From the human T2T-CHM13v2.0 reference genome, Homo sapiens, in contig CP068257.2 of the NCBI GenBank assembly GCA_009914755.4, forward strand, positions 13,344,001 through 13,408,000: 64,000 nucleotides of DNA, written 5' to 3'. Positions 41,985 to 56,130 of the stretch are shown here, one piece after another. The notes beneath the pieces are model-generated. The model searched no databases. It was not told the origin of the DNA and worked only from the letters and a program-made list of their open reading frames with translations. How positions within the stretch are numbered: the first letter of the stretch is position 1; the number at the start of each line of letters is the position of its first letter. The position numbers and the translations under genes are program-made.

Positions 41985-43240
41985 TCACGACATTCCCTTT
42001 CTATGTGTATACACTCTGGAAGGCGGTTGGAGGATCACTACCTTCCCCTTCTATGTGTGTACACTCTGGAAGGCGCTCGGAGGATCACCACATTCCCTTT
42101 CTATGTGTGTACACTCTGGAAGGCACTCAGAGGATCACCACATTCCCTTTCTATGTGTGTACACTCTGGAAGGTGTTCAGAGGTTCACCACATTCCCTTT
42201 CTATGTGTATACTCTGGAAGGCGGTTGGAGGTTCACTACATTCCCTTTCTATGTGTGTACACTCTGGAAGGCGCTCGGAGGATCACCACATTCCCTTTCT
42301 ATGTGTATACACTCTGGAAGGCGCACGGAGGATCACCACATTCCCTTTCTATGTGTGTACACTCTGGAAGGCGTTCAGAGGTTCACCACATTCCCTTTCT
42401 ATGTGTATACACTCTGGAAGGTGGTTGGAGGTTCACCACATTCCCTTTCTATGTGTATACACTCTGGAAGGCGGTTGGAGGTTCACCACATTCCCTTTCT
42501 ATGTGTATACACTCTGGAAGGCGCTCGGAGGATCACCACATTCCCTTTCTGTGTGTATACACTCTGGAAGGCGCTCGGAGGATCACCACATTCCCTTTCT
42601 ATGTGTATACACTCTGGAAGGCGCTCGGAGGATCACCACATTCCCTTTCTATGTGTGTACACTCTGGAAGGCGTTCAGAGGTTCACCACATTCCCTTTCT
42701 ATGTATATACACTCTGGAAGGCGGTTGGAGGTTCACCACATTCCCTTTCTATGTGTATACACTCTGGAAGGCGCTCGGAGGATCACCACATTCCCTTTCT
42801 ATGTGTATACACTCTGGAAGGCGCTCGGAGGATCACTACATTCCCTTTCTATGTGTATACACTCTGGAAGGCGCTCGGAGGATCACCACATTCCCTTTCT
42901 ATGTGTATACACTCTGGAAGGCGCTCGGAGGATCACCACATTCCCTTTCTATGTGTATACACTCTGGAAGGCGCTCGGAGGATCACCACATTCCCTTTCT
43001 ATGTGTGTACACTCTGGAAGGCGTTCAGAGGTTCACCACATTCCCTTTCTATGTGTATACACTCTGGAAGGTGGTTGGAGGTTCACCACATTCCCTTTCT
43101 ATGTGTATACACTCTGAAAGGTGCTCAAAGGACACCACATTCCCTTTCTATGTGTGTACACTCTGGAAGGCGCTTGGAGGATCACCACATTCCCTTTCTA
43201 TGTGTATACACTCTGGAAGGCGCTTGGAGGACACCATCAT
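41985..43240. repeat. Minisatellite / VNTR-like tandem array: about 25 copies of a 50-bp unit (consensus about 'ctatgtgtatacactctggaaggcgctcggaggatcaccacattcccttt'), with three recurring unit variants arranged in a higher-order pattern
   Basis: Unit starts recur every 50 bp from about 42001 (42051, 42101, 42151 ...). One 48-49-bp copy at about 42201 shifts later copies to 42249, 42299 and so on; the partial first copy begins at 41985. Variants: A 'ggcgctcggaggatcaccac', B 'ggcgttcagaggttcaccac', C 'ggcggttggaggttcaccac'. The pair B-C recurs after runs of A at units 4-5, 8-9, 14-15 and 21-22. The last copies degenerate into 'ggaggacaccatcattcatctgag'. Confidence 0.95.
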
Positions 43241-44128
43241 TCATCTGAGATGCTCCCACTCATCTCTGAAGTAATCCTAAGTTCAAAGTGGAGGAAGGAA
43301 GTAGGTCAGTGATAGTTTGACCCAAAGGGGTAATTTTGAGTCAAAGGGTTTTGATTTTTAGCTCAAAGCCAAGCCATTAATAACAAAGCCAGAACTATGA
43401 CTATCCAAAACAAGAACTCTTCAAATTCTCACTACAACCACCTAACAAACCACACACTGCCTCATTATAAAAGTCTTAAAAACTTTGAAAATTCTAATAA
43501 ACTCCTTGTACTATCAAGTAACTTACTGTAGACAAAATAGAAGATATTTTTTAAAACTTTCCTATAGGATAAACCTAACTCTATCCTTAACACAGTATCT
43601 GTAATATACAGTAATTGTTTAGTTATCAGTAGTTTTAGTAGCTGTCATTTTTGAAAAAATATTTGGATAAATGATGGCTCTAAAAAAAAAAACCGTTCGA
43701 AGTCACTGAAAAAAAGTAGGTATTTCCTTCAAAACCTTCTCACCATATTCTCTAATAGTAAACAAAGGCTTAAAGTTATTCTGTTGGTAAAACTTCAAAA
43801 AGCAGCAACTGAATCAATTTAACTAAGGACTTTAGTCCAGAGAGGATGTCTTGCTCATTGTAAGGTTGACTACAGAGGTCTACTGATTTCAGATCCAATC
43901 CCTGCTTCCTTCTGCTCTCCCCTGGTCACACTACATTCAGGAAATGAAGCAGGAGATGCAGCAGAAGGGTGAGTTAAGACTGGAATTAAAAGTCTGAAGC
44001 CACAGAAGGACCAAAAGATGTGTGTGATGTAAAAATGATTTTACAAAAATATAAAGTAGTCTGTTTGATTTCAAATATGGTTCTTTTAAATAATGGGCCA
44101 CTGAGAAAGCTGAAAAATTAAAATGATC

Positions 44129-44630
<502 letters not shown>

Positions 44631-44869
44631 TCAAAACCACCACATCACAGCCTGTGTCAACTTCAATCCATTTACCCATAAACACTACTTTGGCTGAAAT
44701 GCAGTTTCTTAAAGATTTTAAGTAGCCTCAAGTATACTTCTATACTGTAATGGTGACTTTCAACATGGAATGTAAGTTTTAAAACAATTATCGAGTGGGT
44801 TATTGTCAGTTATCATTATTAACTTTATTAATTAGACACTAGTAAATACCTGTTACAATACTGCTAAGA

Positions 44870-45015
44870 CATACATTATTTCACTTAATCATTAATTGTA
44901 AAATAGATACTATCCAATTTTACAGATGAGGCTGAGAAGTTTGGTGACTTTCTCAGTTAAGGGGTAAATCTGGGATTCAAACTCAAGTCAGTGTGTTTCA
45001 CAGTAAGGCATTCCA
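44870..45015 (+). mobile_element. MIR SINE fragment
   Basis: 'tttcacttaatcattaattgtaaaatagatactatccaattttacagatgaggctgagaagtttggtgactttctcagttaaggggtaaatctgggattcaaactcaagtcag'. Confidence 0.5.
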
Positions 45016-46149
45016 CAATCACTCCCCAGTAAACCTCAACAGTGTGAGATCAATTGCCTTGGTCACCTGGTCTCCTGATCATTTCATGAAAAATTAACCA
45101 TCTGTTTACAAATCATTCATCAAATTTCTTGTTCCTGGAGCTATGCTAAAGACACAAATATAATTACAAGTCCTTGCTGGACCCCACTAGACTCTTTAAA
45201 TAAAAATATGTTCCTAGGGTCATCTAGATTCTGGCAATTTCTATTGCAAATTCACCAAATCCCTTGCTTTTGTTACTACCACAGGATAAACACCCTGAAT
45301 TTCCCTTACTGGAATAAAGCCTGTTAAAACTTTTTGCAGGAAAATCTCTAGGACTTTTTAGGTATCAAAAAGCTGAGGAAATGTTGGTACTTTAAAATAA
45401 ATCCTGACCCAGTAAGAACTGGCACTGAGCCTTTTATTTTCTTGCAGTCAGCAAAACTACAAACCTATAAAAATTCAAATAGTAGTTAAGGGGCATGCAT
45501 TTTGAAGTAGTTCCATATGTGGTGAGTCACTTCCAAACTCATGCTTTATACTGAAAACTTTTTTTAACCTGGATATGTAGGCAGAAATCACTTTTAAAAC
45601 CTATCACAGCCATACTATGAAACGAAAAGCAAGTCCATGTGGGAGTTTACTAATTGTTTCCCCTGAAAACTGTTTTCCTGGGGGGAAAAAATGAATATTA
45701 TTATTGACTCCTATGTACCACCTTGCTTTATAGTTCAAACAAATTCAGAAACTGTTTTTCCTAACCCAGTATTGATCTAGATATTTGCAAAAATGAAATG
45801 AAAGACAGGTTAATCATCCAACAAACATAATACACAAGTGTGTATGAGGAGAGGAGAGCTGGAGGAAGTGGAAAGAACTAGGTCAGTAGGTGGCAGATGT
45901 TAAGTGGTTCAAACTTGAAAGGAATCCTAAAAGCATGGACCGAGGTTTGTGGAAACTCTTAAAAGTAAATGAACATAAAAAATAAAAAATAAAAATAAAA
46001 ATGTGTGGAAGAAAGGTTCTAATTAGAAGGACATGGTGATTAAGTAAAACAGTGATCATCCAAAAACCTATTTTCTTTGTTTTGAAAAATACATTAGAAT
46101 TAACAATATTGTCCATAACACATTATCTTTCTATAGCATTACACTGATG

Positions 46150-46320
46150 CACTTTATGTATTTCCTCATTTATTCTGCATAATATTCTTATGATGTAAGA
46201 TGTATCCTCATCTTACAGATCAAAAAACTGAAGCTCAGGTTAACTGATTTACTAAGAGTATATGTGAAGATGCAGGGCTCAAATATAAATCTTAGGATTC
46301 TAAAGCCATCATTTTCCATA
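46150..46320 (+). mobile_element. MIR SINE fragment
   Basis: 'cactttatgtatttcctcatttattctgcataatattcttatgatgtaagatgtatcctcatcttacagatcaaaaaactgaagctcaggttaactgatttactaagagtatatgtgaagatgcagggctcaaatataaatcttagg'. Confidence 0.45.
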
Positions 46321-46727
46321 CTATTCTATTTAACTGTGGCTGTGACAGTAGCTGCTCTTAATGCCTACTCAAGAGGTAAAAGAGAAATATACCCTTTGTT
46401 TTAAATTTTTTTAAAAAAATAACAATTACCTCTGCTTTTTCTGAAGAGAAAACAGGAATCCTTATATCTCAAATAAATGTTTTCTTTTAAAATACAAGTT
46501 TACAAGGTAATAAGTAGTATTCATGTGATAAGTTTATCAGAAACAAGTCTAAATGCCTGAGCCAATTTAAATAGTTCACATTTATTCATTTCATACAATG
46601 TTGCTATAAAAATAAAGTCTGTATAATTCTCATTTTACATTAAAGTAACCAAGATGAAGAGAGGTTATACTAATAAAAGGTTTAAAACTAAGAAAATAGC
46701 TTTCTGTGGTCACCAGACTAAGTTTAA

Positions 46728-47019
<292 letters not shown>

Positions 47020-50000
47020 TCGTGATGTATATGACTTTCTAACAAATACTGTAATGATGCTATTCATCCTTAATAGAAATCCATGGGAGTATTTAAATAA
47101 TACAATAATGTTAACGATTTCTTATTTTCTGAAATTACTGCGAAAATGGCAAATTAGCAGTAACTCAGTAGAGGAGTATCACTATTAATACAAACTGCAT
47201 GCCCATGTTTTTAAAACACTTACAAAAGTAACTTTAATAACACTCCTTGTGAGGTTATATCCATTTCTATGACAATAAACAGGCTGTCTTTCAGAATTTT
47301 TGTTTGTGATATGAATAAAGCCAGAAGATCAATATTTTTTTAACCTACACTGGAAAAAAATGCTGAATATTTTCTAAACTTTATGCCCTAGATAATAAAG
47401 GGCTGTGTATACTGCCCACATAATCTAGATGGCCAATAAAGTTAACTTCCCAAACCTATTCAGTTGCCAAAAGGGTATCCCAATTGCACATCATATTTTG
47501 TTACAGTAAAGAAGATTGAGAAACTATAATCATTTCCTCCTCCCAAATTCAGTTTCTGCTACTACTCCGTGTCACCAACATCTCAGCATTTAAATACATA
47601 AAACCACAGTCAGCCCAAATGTTCAGGGTCTATGTATGATTACAGAATTCATCTTTGCTTATGCTGCTGATTCTATGAAACTCATTTCCTCCTTTAACCT
47701 TTTACCATTTCTTTCTGTGAACTAAATTTACACCCACTACCCAGATATACATGATCTTCAGATTTTGGGGGTTTTTTTGGAGGGGGGGATATCTCTGAAA
47801 GTCAAACTTATTTCATTCTTAGATACTGTTCTTAGCACGAGAACCATGCCCTAATCAAATAAAAAAAAAAGTCACTATCCCCAATTCAGTCCCATTTAGA
47901 ATCTCCACTAGCCAGGCAGGCTACTTAGCAATATTTAAAAAATACTCTTAAGAAATAGAATTGAAAAGGTTGGGTTTATCTTGAAGAAATTTAGGGAAAT
48001 CTGTGAAATGATTCTTTTTTAAAAATATACTTTACCCCAATGTGAATTAAATATGAAAAACTAAGGATAAATTTTGGGAAGTTAACAAAACTTTTATCTT
48101 TGAAATTGTTACATTCTAAGCAGGTAATTTATTACTTTCACCAAAAGCGTTTGTACTTTCCCTCTTGATGAACAGCAAAGAATATTAAGTCTATAGTAAC
48201 TTATAAGGAAATAATAAGCAAAATTTAAGCAAAATAATAAGCAAAATTTGTTTAGCTAACATATTAAATAAATTTTGCTTATTCAGGTAAGGAACATTAA
48301 AAGAGCATTCTACATATCACAGTAAGTTAAGTCAAAGAAATGTACATATTCAACAAAATAAAGTCTGAGTACTGTCATAATTACCCATATCACACTTTGC
48401 AACCTGTAAATTTCTAACACACATGATATCATTTCAAGTCTTCATACAAAGCACATGAAAAAACTGTTGCACAAATGTAAGTAACTTGCGTAATATAACA
48501 AAGATGAACTTTTATCTTTTTTGATCGTTTCTAAGCTTTAAAATTATATCAGGACACACTCTGGAGTTGTGTTTCACCAATACTTTGATTTATCACCCTA
48601 TATGTGGGAGGCATCAAGTTGAGTGCTTTGTAAGTCACAAATTTATAAAAGATACAACCCCCTCCATCTAGAAGTTTATAATTTTGCTGCAGCGATGAAT
48701 GAAACGCTATGAAAAATAAAGGCAGTGTGAATGGCATTCATCAACCACTAGGAGAAAGTAGATGGGAGCACATGTTCCCTTCTGTCCGAGTGATCATACA
48801 AATCACAGGATGGATGGCCTTTTGGTAAAAGAAAACTAGTAGGGTTCAAAAGACATCTGAGCTGAAGATAGCAAAAATAATGTGGCAGAATAAGAAATGT
48901 GCAATTAACATGCTTAAGGAAGGGGCAAACCAAATATTTGATCATGAGATATGCAAGGAACCAGGTAGAAATAGGACTTGTCTTATCTTGTGAGCAAAGG
49001 TCTTTGTTCAGGGTAATAATAATTTTCTGCAGAAAGTTTTACTTTGCTGTGTAGAATGTATTGGGTAATAAAAACTAAAAGGCAAAAGACCAAATAGAAA
49101 GTTACTGCAGTAACTATCTAATAACTATCTAATAATCAGAACGTAATAAAGCCTGAATTTGGAAAATGGCAGTGGAAAGACAAAGAAACCAAAACTCATA
49201 ATTCTTCCTGTTCCAATGAAAATGATTATTGACATAGTCATAATTAGGGTTGACTGCAATCAAATGTTAAATATGTAAAGGTGTAATATAAAACCAAGAA
49301 CCTGCCAACAGACTTTCAGGAAAGACTTTGATCACATTTATCATCTCATATTTATCCTACAATGTAACAAACATTATAATGTCCCCTTTGAATGTATTCT
49401 AGGGTACCATATACCATAACTTGGTATGTCTTTAATTAAATTTTTGTACTATTTTAAAAACATTTATTGTAGTTGACCTAAAAATAAAACTTTGAGAACT
49501 ACAATTAGATACCACCTGTATAAAATGAAAGCCAAACTATACTTCTCTTTCCAAAGAGGAAATTTGGAAAAATTACTTTCCAAAACCTTTTGAGCTCTGC
49601 CTGATCTATACTAAGATACCAAAATATAATGTATGTCTCCTATATTTTACAGAAACAGAAGAAATCTTTTATAAATGTACTTCTCAGACTGATTACCAAC
49701 ATAATTTTATTATCCAAATGAAAAAAACACATATTTATACCTATAAGAAAAATTACCTGACCATAATAATAAACCCTATTTTTTGAAAACTTCATATTTA
49801 CATATTACCTTTCAAAGGGATGTGTATGTCAGTTTGATGAAAAAAACTACTTTCAAATTATTCAAATCATCCAAATGTATTCTTATGCTTATAACTTACA
49901 ATTTTTGTTTTCATTTCCTTTAAATATTCCCTGCCCCAGAAAACCTATAAAGGCAAATTTTCAGAAATAAAAAAAAATGTGTATCTTCTCCATGCATTCA

Positions 50001-52149
50001 ATAAATAACTAGTCTATAAACAGGTATGTCCTCCTTCTAGATGCTCAGCCTCAGACTAGCTTCTTCAGATTTATTAGTAACGAACGCAACAGAAATTCTT
50101 GCCTTCAGGGAGTCCCAATTTTAGAAAGATTAAACAATAAATAAACTATACTTTAAAAAGAAACACAAATTTCATTGTATTTTTAAAGGTGTTAAGTGCT
50201 TGGAAAAAGAGAACAGCATAAAGGAGAGAGGAAAAAGAGGAGGCTTCCGTTTTGAATTGTGTGGTCACCAGGGTGGGCTTCACTGAGAAGACGCCTTTTC
50301 AGCTAATGCAAGGACTTTAGTTTTATACCAAGTGAGGTGAAGGCTTTTAAGCAGAGAAATGATTTTCTTTTCTTACTACCCAATAAGAATTGAGTGTCAA
50401 CAAGAGTACCAATTTCATTTAAGAGTGTGGAGGTAGTATTATCAAAAATGTGTTGGGGGTAGGGCTATAAAACAACCACTGTATCCCAGATCTGGGAACC
50501 AAAACAAGCACTAAAGTGTGATTATGCCGTTTATTTCTCAAAGGGCTATTCCCTCCACAATAAGTTTCCATATTGACTGTTCTCACAGGTCAATAGTCCC
50601 TTATCCACATTCCCAATTTTGAATACCAAGAAGCTTTAAAACCCAATTTGGTGGCAAAATCAAACCCACATTAATGTGAGATGGTTTATAGTCTTGATTT
50701 ATCCCATTTGGCAAAAATAAACATGAAGAAACATTAACCCTCAAAATTTAGGTAACCTTTAAATATCCTAAGTAATGAGAAGTCATAGGCACATCTATAT
50801 GTACACATACAAACTATCTGTAAACTTCCCTATTTTATTAAATATGGTGGAGTTACAGCATACAGCAATTTATCACATTCAATTAAGCCAGCCATGCTTT
50901 TGAAAAAAGAAAAACACACTTCCCCTAAAAGTAAAATTCTACCTAGTATAATAGAAGCTGGAATAAGATGGAAGATATGAATCTACTGTTACAGATTTTG
51001 ATTTTTTAGTTTAAAGATATGTATCTGTCATTCAACATGCCCCCTAAACACTGGCTAATTGATTTATCTGATGTTCAACCAAAGAAAATGCTACTTATTC
51101 CAAAATAGAAGGAAAAATAGGCTGTTTGAAACTTACTGAAAGATGGTACTTCAGCATTTGACATGGCACCTTTCTACTGGATTTTTAAGGGTAATTTTAA
51201 CTAGTCATGAACTTGACTAAAGCACTGTCTTTTAAAAACCCAAAATGTAACTCTATAGCTGTGCTGTCTAATACAGCAATCACTAGACACATGTGGCTAC
51301 TGTGCACTTGAAAGATGACTAGTCAGAATTCAGAGAGCTGTGCGTCAAAACACACACCAGCTTTCAAAAATTCAGTACAGATTTACATTATTTTTCAATG
51401 CAAAATATCTCATAATTTTATATTGATTATTCATTGAAAGGATAACATTTTGCAGATACTGGGTTAAATCAAATATATTATTAATTTCACCAGTTACTTT
51501 TAACCATAGCTACTAGAAACTTTAACATTTAAAATTTAAACTTACATAATGTAGCTCACATTATACTTCTAGTGAACAGCACTGCTCTATAGGAAAGACC
51601 TAGAAAAAGATTAATTTTTCAAATACTTATATGCTAGAATGAATAATATCAATTTTAATCACCAGAATAATAAAAACACAAAGGTCACAAGAAACGCTTG
51701 TCAGGAATGCTGAAATAAGTGTTTTGTGACTCAAAAGTATCTATTACTTTAAATATTCAAAGAGGTGTCCAAATATTCAACTAATAAAAAAAGCCTTCAA
51801 TACATGTTATGCCTGATTTGCTTCAAAATCCACTTTCAGTATTTCAATCATACGATCATAAGTACATAGAGGAGGATATTGTGTCCTAGTTTCATTCACT
51901 AGGGTTAGAACAAACCCAGGTTTTGTGAGCCAAATACATATTATAATGGAATCAGAAAATAGGTAACTTATTTTTTAATAGATGGGAAAATTTAAATAAC
52001 TCCTAAGAAACAACTTTAGAGTTTACATTAAGTCAAAGAAAAATAAGTCTCTCTAATTATAAAACCTACCATTAACAAAAGACACACTGATTGACATTTC
52101 CTAAATATTCTTAAAAGCACTGTAAGTACCTATTACTCTAAACACATGC

Positions 52150-52570
52150 ACATCCCACCACCCAGCAGTTCCACTCCCATGCTTACACTGTACTCATGAG
52201 AAATGAAGGCTTATTTCTACCAAAAGACCCAAAAAAGTTCACAGCAGCCTTATTTGCAGACACAAACTCGAAAGAAAACTAAATGTCCACTTACAGTGGA
52301 ATGGATAAATGGTGGTATAATCATAGAATAGAACATAGACAATTTAGGGGGAAAAAACAAATAACATACACAACATGGATGACTCTTACAGACATAATGT
52401 TGATAAAAAAAGACACTGATGAGTTCATACGACATGGTTCCAACTTTATATAGTTTAAAACAGGCAAAACTAATCTATAGTAAAAGACGCCAAAGACTAT
52501 TCCTGTTAGGTAGAGGCAGGATCGATTAGAAAATACACAAATTACAATAAGCCTTCTGGAGTAGGGTGCT
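52150..52570 (+). mobile_element. LINE-1 3'-end fragment (old L1M-type)
   Basis: 'gttccactcccatgcttacactgtactcatgagaaatgaaggcttatttctaccaaaagacccaaaaaagttcacagcagccttatttgcagacacaaactcgaaagaaaactaaatgtccacttacagtggaatggataaatggtggtataatcatagaatagaacat...cacaacatggatgactcttacagacataatgttgataaaaaaagacactgatgagttcatacgacatggttccaactttatatag'. Parallels L1 '...attccactcctaggtatatacccaagagaaatgaaaacatatgtccacac...aacccaaatgtccatcaactgatgaatggataaac...aatggaatactattcagc...ctacaacatggatgaaccttgaaaacattatgctaagtgaaagaagccag...'. Confidence 0.45.
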
Positions 52571-53639
52571 AGTTACTCAGACTATACTTACATAAACAAC
52601 AATCAAGCTAGCAAATAAGGGTGTCTATTTGATTACATGAAGTTACACTTCAGGAGGTTTTGTATAAAAATAAGAAACTTCTTCTTAAAAGGACCTTATG
52701 CATTATGATTTCTTTTCAAAATAATTACTTAAAACTAATTCCTATCTTGAATATACATGGGAATTTGTCGATTTAATCCTTCAGCTAAACTTTCAATTTC
52801 TTTGCAGTTTCTTTTTAATAAGAATAACTATCAACTCTATTGAAACATACCTTTAATTTTGAGATATGATAACCTTTCATGAATTGATAATTCATATTAG
52901 CATTAAAATTATAACTTCCATCTTTATAGCTAAGTGTGAATGTTTATACGAAATATTTATAATAGTTCATTCTCATCTTTAATTTGAAAAGATAACTCTG
53001 AATTCCATAAAATCCAGTTTCTGATCATATAATTTATTTTACTGATAAAGTATATTTTAAATTTAATTTTTTGGGTTCATTTACAAGTTCTTTCACAGAC
53101 CTAATTTGCTTATTTACATTTCTTATTTGCTTTTGCCTTTCCCCCGTAACCGACAAAAAGAGGAAGAATATGCTGGTTTGCCAATAAATAATAATCTTAA
53201 ACACAGAGTTTCCATTTTAAAAGTTCAATGCAGCATGCTGGGGAGACTTATTAAAAGACTGTATTCAACCAACCCTAGAAATTCACACTGCTTGACAGTG
53301 ATTAAGAAAATCGGTAAAAACCAATTTTTGTATTATTTCATATGAATAAAAATCATGAATATTCAGCTAATAAAGTTACATCTGTATTATAGTAAAAGAA
53401 GGTGGCCAATTCACTATAATCTTAACAAATACATTATTTTATTGCATGTATTTATGCATCCTTCCTTCATCTGTTTCTATCCCAAGCAAGACAGCTGGCA
53501 AAAGTTTTTGAGAAGGAAAACACAAGATACAGAGGAGGTATAAGGTCGAATATTAAGAAGGATGCCTTGGATATAGATCAAGAAGACTATGTTCACCACT
53601 GACATTAGTCAAATTGGCTGGCATATCCATATGTGATCT

Positions 53640-54010
53640 ATGAGGTATGCTATGGCCTGAATGTTGTGTCTCCCCAAAATTCATAAATTGAAACCATATT
53701 TGCAATGTGAGGGTAATTTGGAGGTGGGGCCTTTGGTGAGTGATTAGATCATGAGGGCAATGCCCTCATGAACAGGATTAGTACCCTTATAAAAGAGGTC
53801 CCAATAATTCTCTGGCCACCTCCACCCATGTGAGGTTACAGTGAGAAGTCAGCCATCTATGAGGAACAGGCCCTTACTAAACATTAAATCTGCTGGCACC
53901 TTGGTCTTGGACTTCCCAGCCTCCAGAACTGTGAGAAATAAACCTCTATGGTGTATAAGCCTCCCATCTATGGTATTTGTTACAGCAGCTCAAATGGACT
54001 AAGATAAGGT
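53640..54010 (+). mobile_element. Ancient LTR-like interspersed repeat (MaLR/MLT1-type suspected)
   Basis: 'tatggcctgaatgttgtgtctccccaaaattcataaattgaaaccatatttgcaatgtgagggtaatttggaggtggggcctttggtgagtgattagatcatgagggcaatgccctcatgaacaggattagtacccttataaaagaggtcccaataattctctggccacctccacccatgtgaggttacagtgagaagtcagccatctatgaggaacaggcccttactaaacattaaatctgctggcaccttggtcttggacttcccagcctccagaactgtgagaaataaacctctatggtgtataagcctcccatctatggtatttgttacagcagctcaaatggactaagataagg'. This is the very common mammalian repeat with the '...cttggacttcccagcctccagaactgtgagaaataaa...' hallmark. Family name from memory only. Confidence 0.35.
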
Positions 54011-54930
54011 ACAAAAGACAAAGCACAAAGTGAGTAAGTTTCTCAACAGATGATTTTAACATAACCTTCCTTCCTAGTAATATGTCACATGTCCTGACAC
54101 TCTGGGCCTACAAGCAGATAAATTATTATGCTATACCAATCTATCCACAAATGATAATGCAAAGAGAGAATTTCGCAAATGGATGTTCGGAGGCAAAACC
54201 AGGTGGCCTGGCTGAGTCTGTCCACGGACTCTGATGACAGACTGATCCAAATGCAGATGGCAGCTGATCCCTACACTAGAAGGTAGAGCTGTCACAGGCA
54301 GGAAGACTTTTAAGACTGCCTGAATGTTTCAGGTATACTTCACACTGTCTTAGATAAAAAGGAACTTTATGTATCTCATTTTCAAATCAAGACATTCTTT
54401 AAAATAGTTCTATAGTAGTAAAGTAAAATGTAAATACCTCAGTGTTTAAAATAGGTAAAACTGGTTTACTCTAAACCAGACGTTTTATTCGCTTACACAA
54501 AATTTTGATTTACCAAAATTGAAATATAACCTTCTTTGTGACAAATGGCAAGGTAGTTTATCCATATCTAAAAGTTAAAGAAAAATAACAAAATGTGGCA
54601 TAACAGTCTTACTTTTCTACAATTGGAAAGGCTTGATAACATTTTTAAAAGTGGGGCAATGAGACAAAAGACAATACCTTCTGGCTGTGTTTCTCCCAAA
54701 TGTTAAAATAATGAGTCCTGAGAACAGTTCTGAAATAGCTCACAATCCAAACACTTCCTGAAAATTAAGAGAAATAAGTGTTACTTCAAGTGCACCTTAT
54801 CTCAAAGATTTGTTTTACAATGGAATTTTAACTACTAACTAAATCATCTCAAAAAACAACAAAAAAGATGTATTACAAGGTAAAAAAAAGTATTCATATT
54901 CTTCATGATACATGCTTTCTTTGGACATAG

Positions 54931-55350
<420 letters not shown>

Positions 55351-55984
55351 TGATGTAAAAAGTTAATGTCAAAGATAAAGAGGAATTTCAGTCAAGGATT
55401 CTGGGAGAAAAAGTATTAGAATTATTTAACAGTCATTGCAGAGTTTGAAACACCTCATTTCTTTTCTGTACCACTAGGAACAGAAAATGTTAAACTCAGA
55501 ATTAGAACCATACTAGATATAGAATGACACTGACGTGGAAAAGTTCATACTTTCAGGAACAAAAGAGTGGATCAAAGTTTTTGGCCAGCAAGAGATGTAG
55601 CAAACAATTTAACATTGTGGTGGCTGAGGAAACTTTATTTTGGTCAACAGGCCAATGGACAGTGAAGCTAGCGGTGATAAGGGAGGTACCATGCGAACTC
55701 CCTGATACCACCATAGCAGCATTCCATTTCTATCAGCCACGCCACTTAGATCTGACTTATACTTCTAGAACTCTCAATTCCTAGCCTATAACCTATGATC
55801 AGTTCTCACAGATTATAGCTTTGAATAAAAATACATCTGTAAACCTGAATTCTAACCTCCCAAAATAAAGTAGCTATTTTTCATTTTCATTTCATTTTAC
55901 TGGGGGCCCTTCAGTCTCCTTAAAACCACTTAAAGATAACAAATTGCTTAAAGTAATACTTCCCCAAAATCCAGCTCTTCACCA

Positions 55985-56130
55985 CTATACCTGTAGGTCA
56001 CTTAGTCTGTATCTTGCTTATTGTTATTCTCCCTGTGTCTGTGAGCCTTCAATACCCAGCATGGTGCAAGGTATACAGCTGGTACTCAGTAAATGTCTGA
56101 TAAATGACATCAATTAATCACAGAGCCTTA
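55985..56130 (+). mobile_element. MIR-type SINE 3' region
   Basis: 'ctgtgtctgtgagccttcaatacccagcatggtgcaaggtatacagctggtactcagtaaatgtctgataaatgacatcaat' resembles the MIR-type tail '...tagaacagtgcctggcacatagtaggcgctcaataaatgtttgttgaatgaatga'. Confidence 0.35.

Noticed and set aside
41985-43240. Possibility that the regular 50-bp array is a CRISPR array
   Set aside because: Units are directly contiguous with no unique spacers. There is no leader or cas genes, and the context is primate DNA full of Alu/L1. It is a minisatellite.
42003-43274. Three overlapping long + strand ORFs (423, 370 and 397 aa; 42003-43274, 42005-43117, 42055-43248) with internally repetitive 50-aa motifs
   Set aside because: They sit exactly on the 50-bp minisatellite. 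The unit lacks stop codons on the + strand, and 50 is not divisible by 3. All three frames therefore read through and cycle into each other. No start context, no exon/intron signals and no domain-like sequence. This is a tandem-repeat artefact, not a repeat-protein gene.
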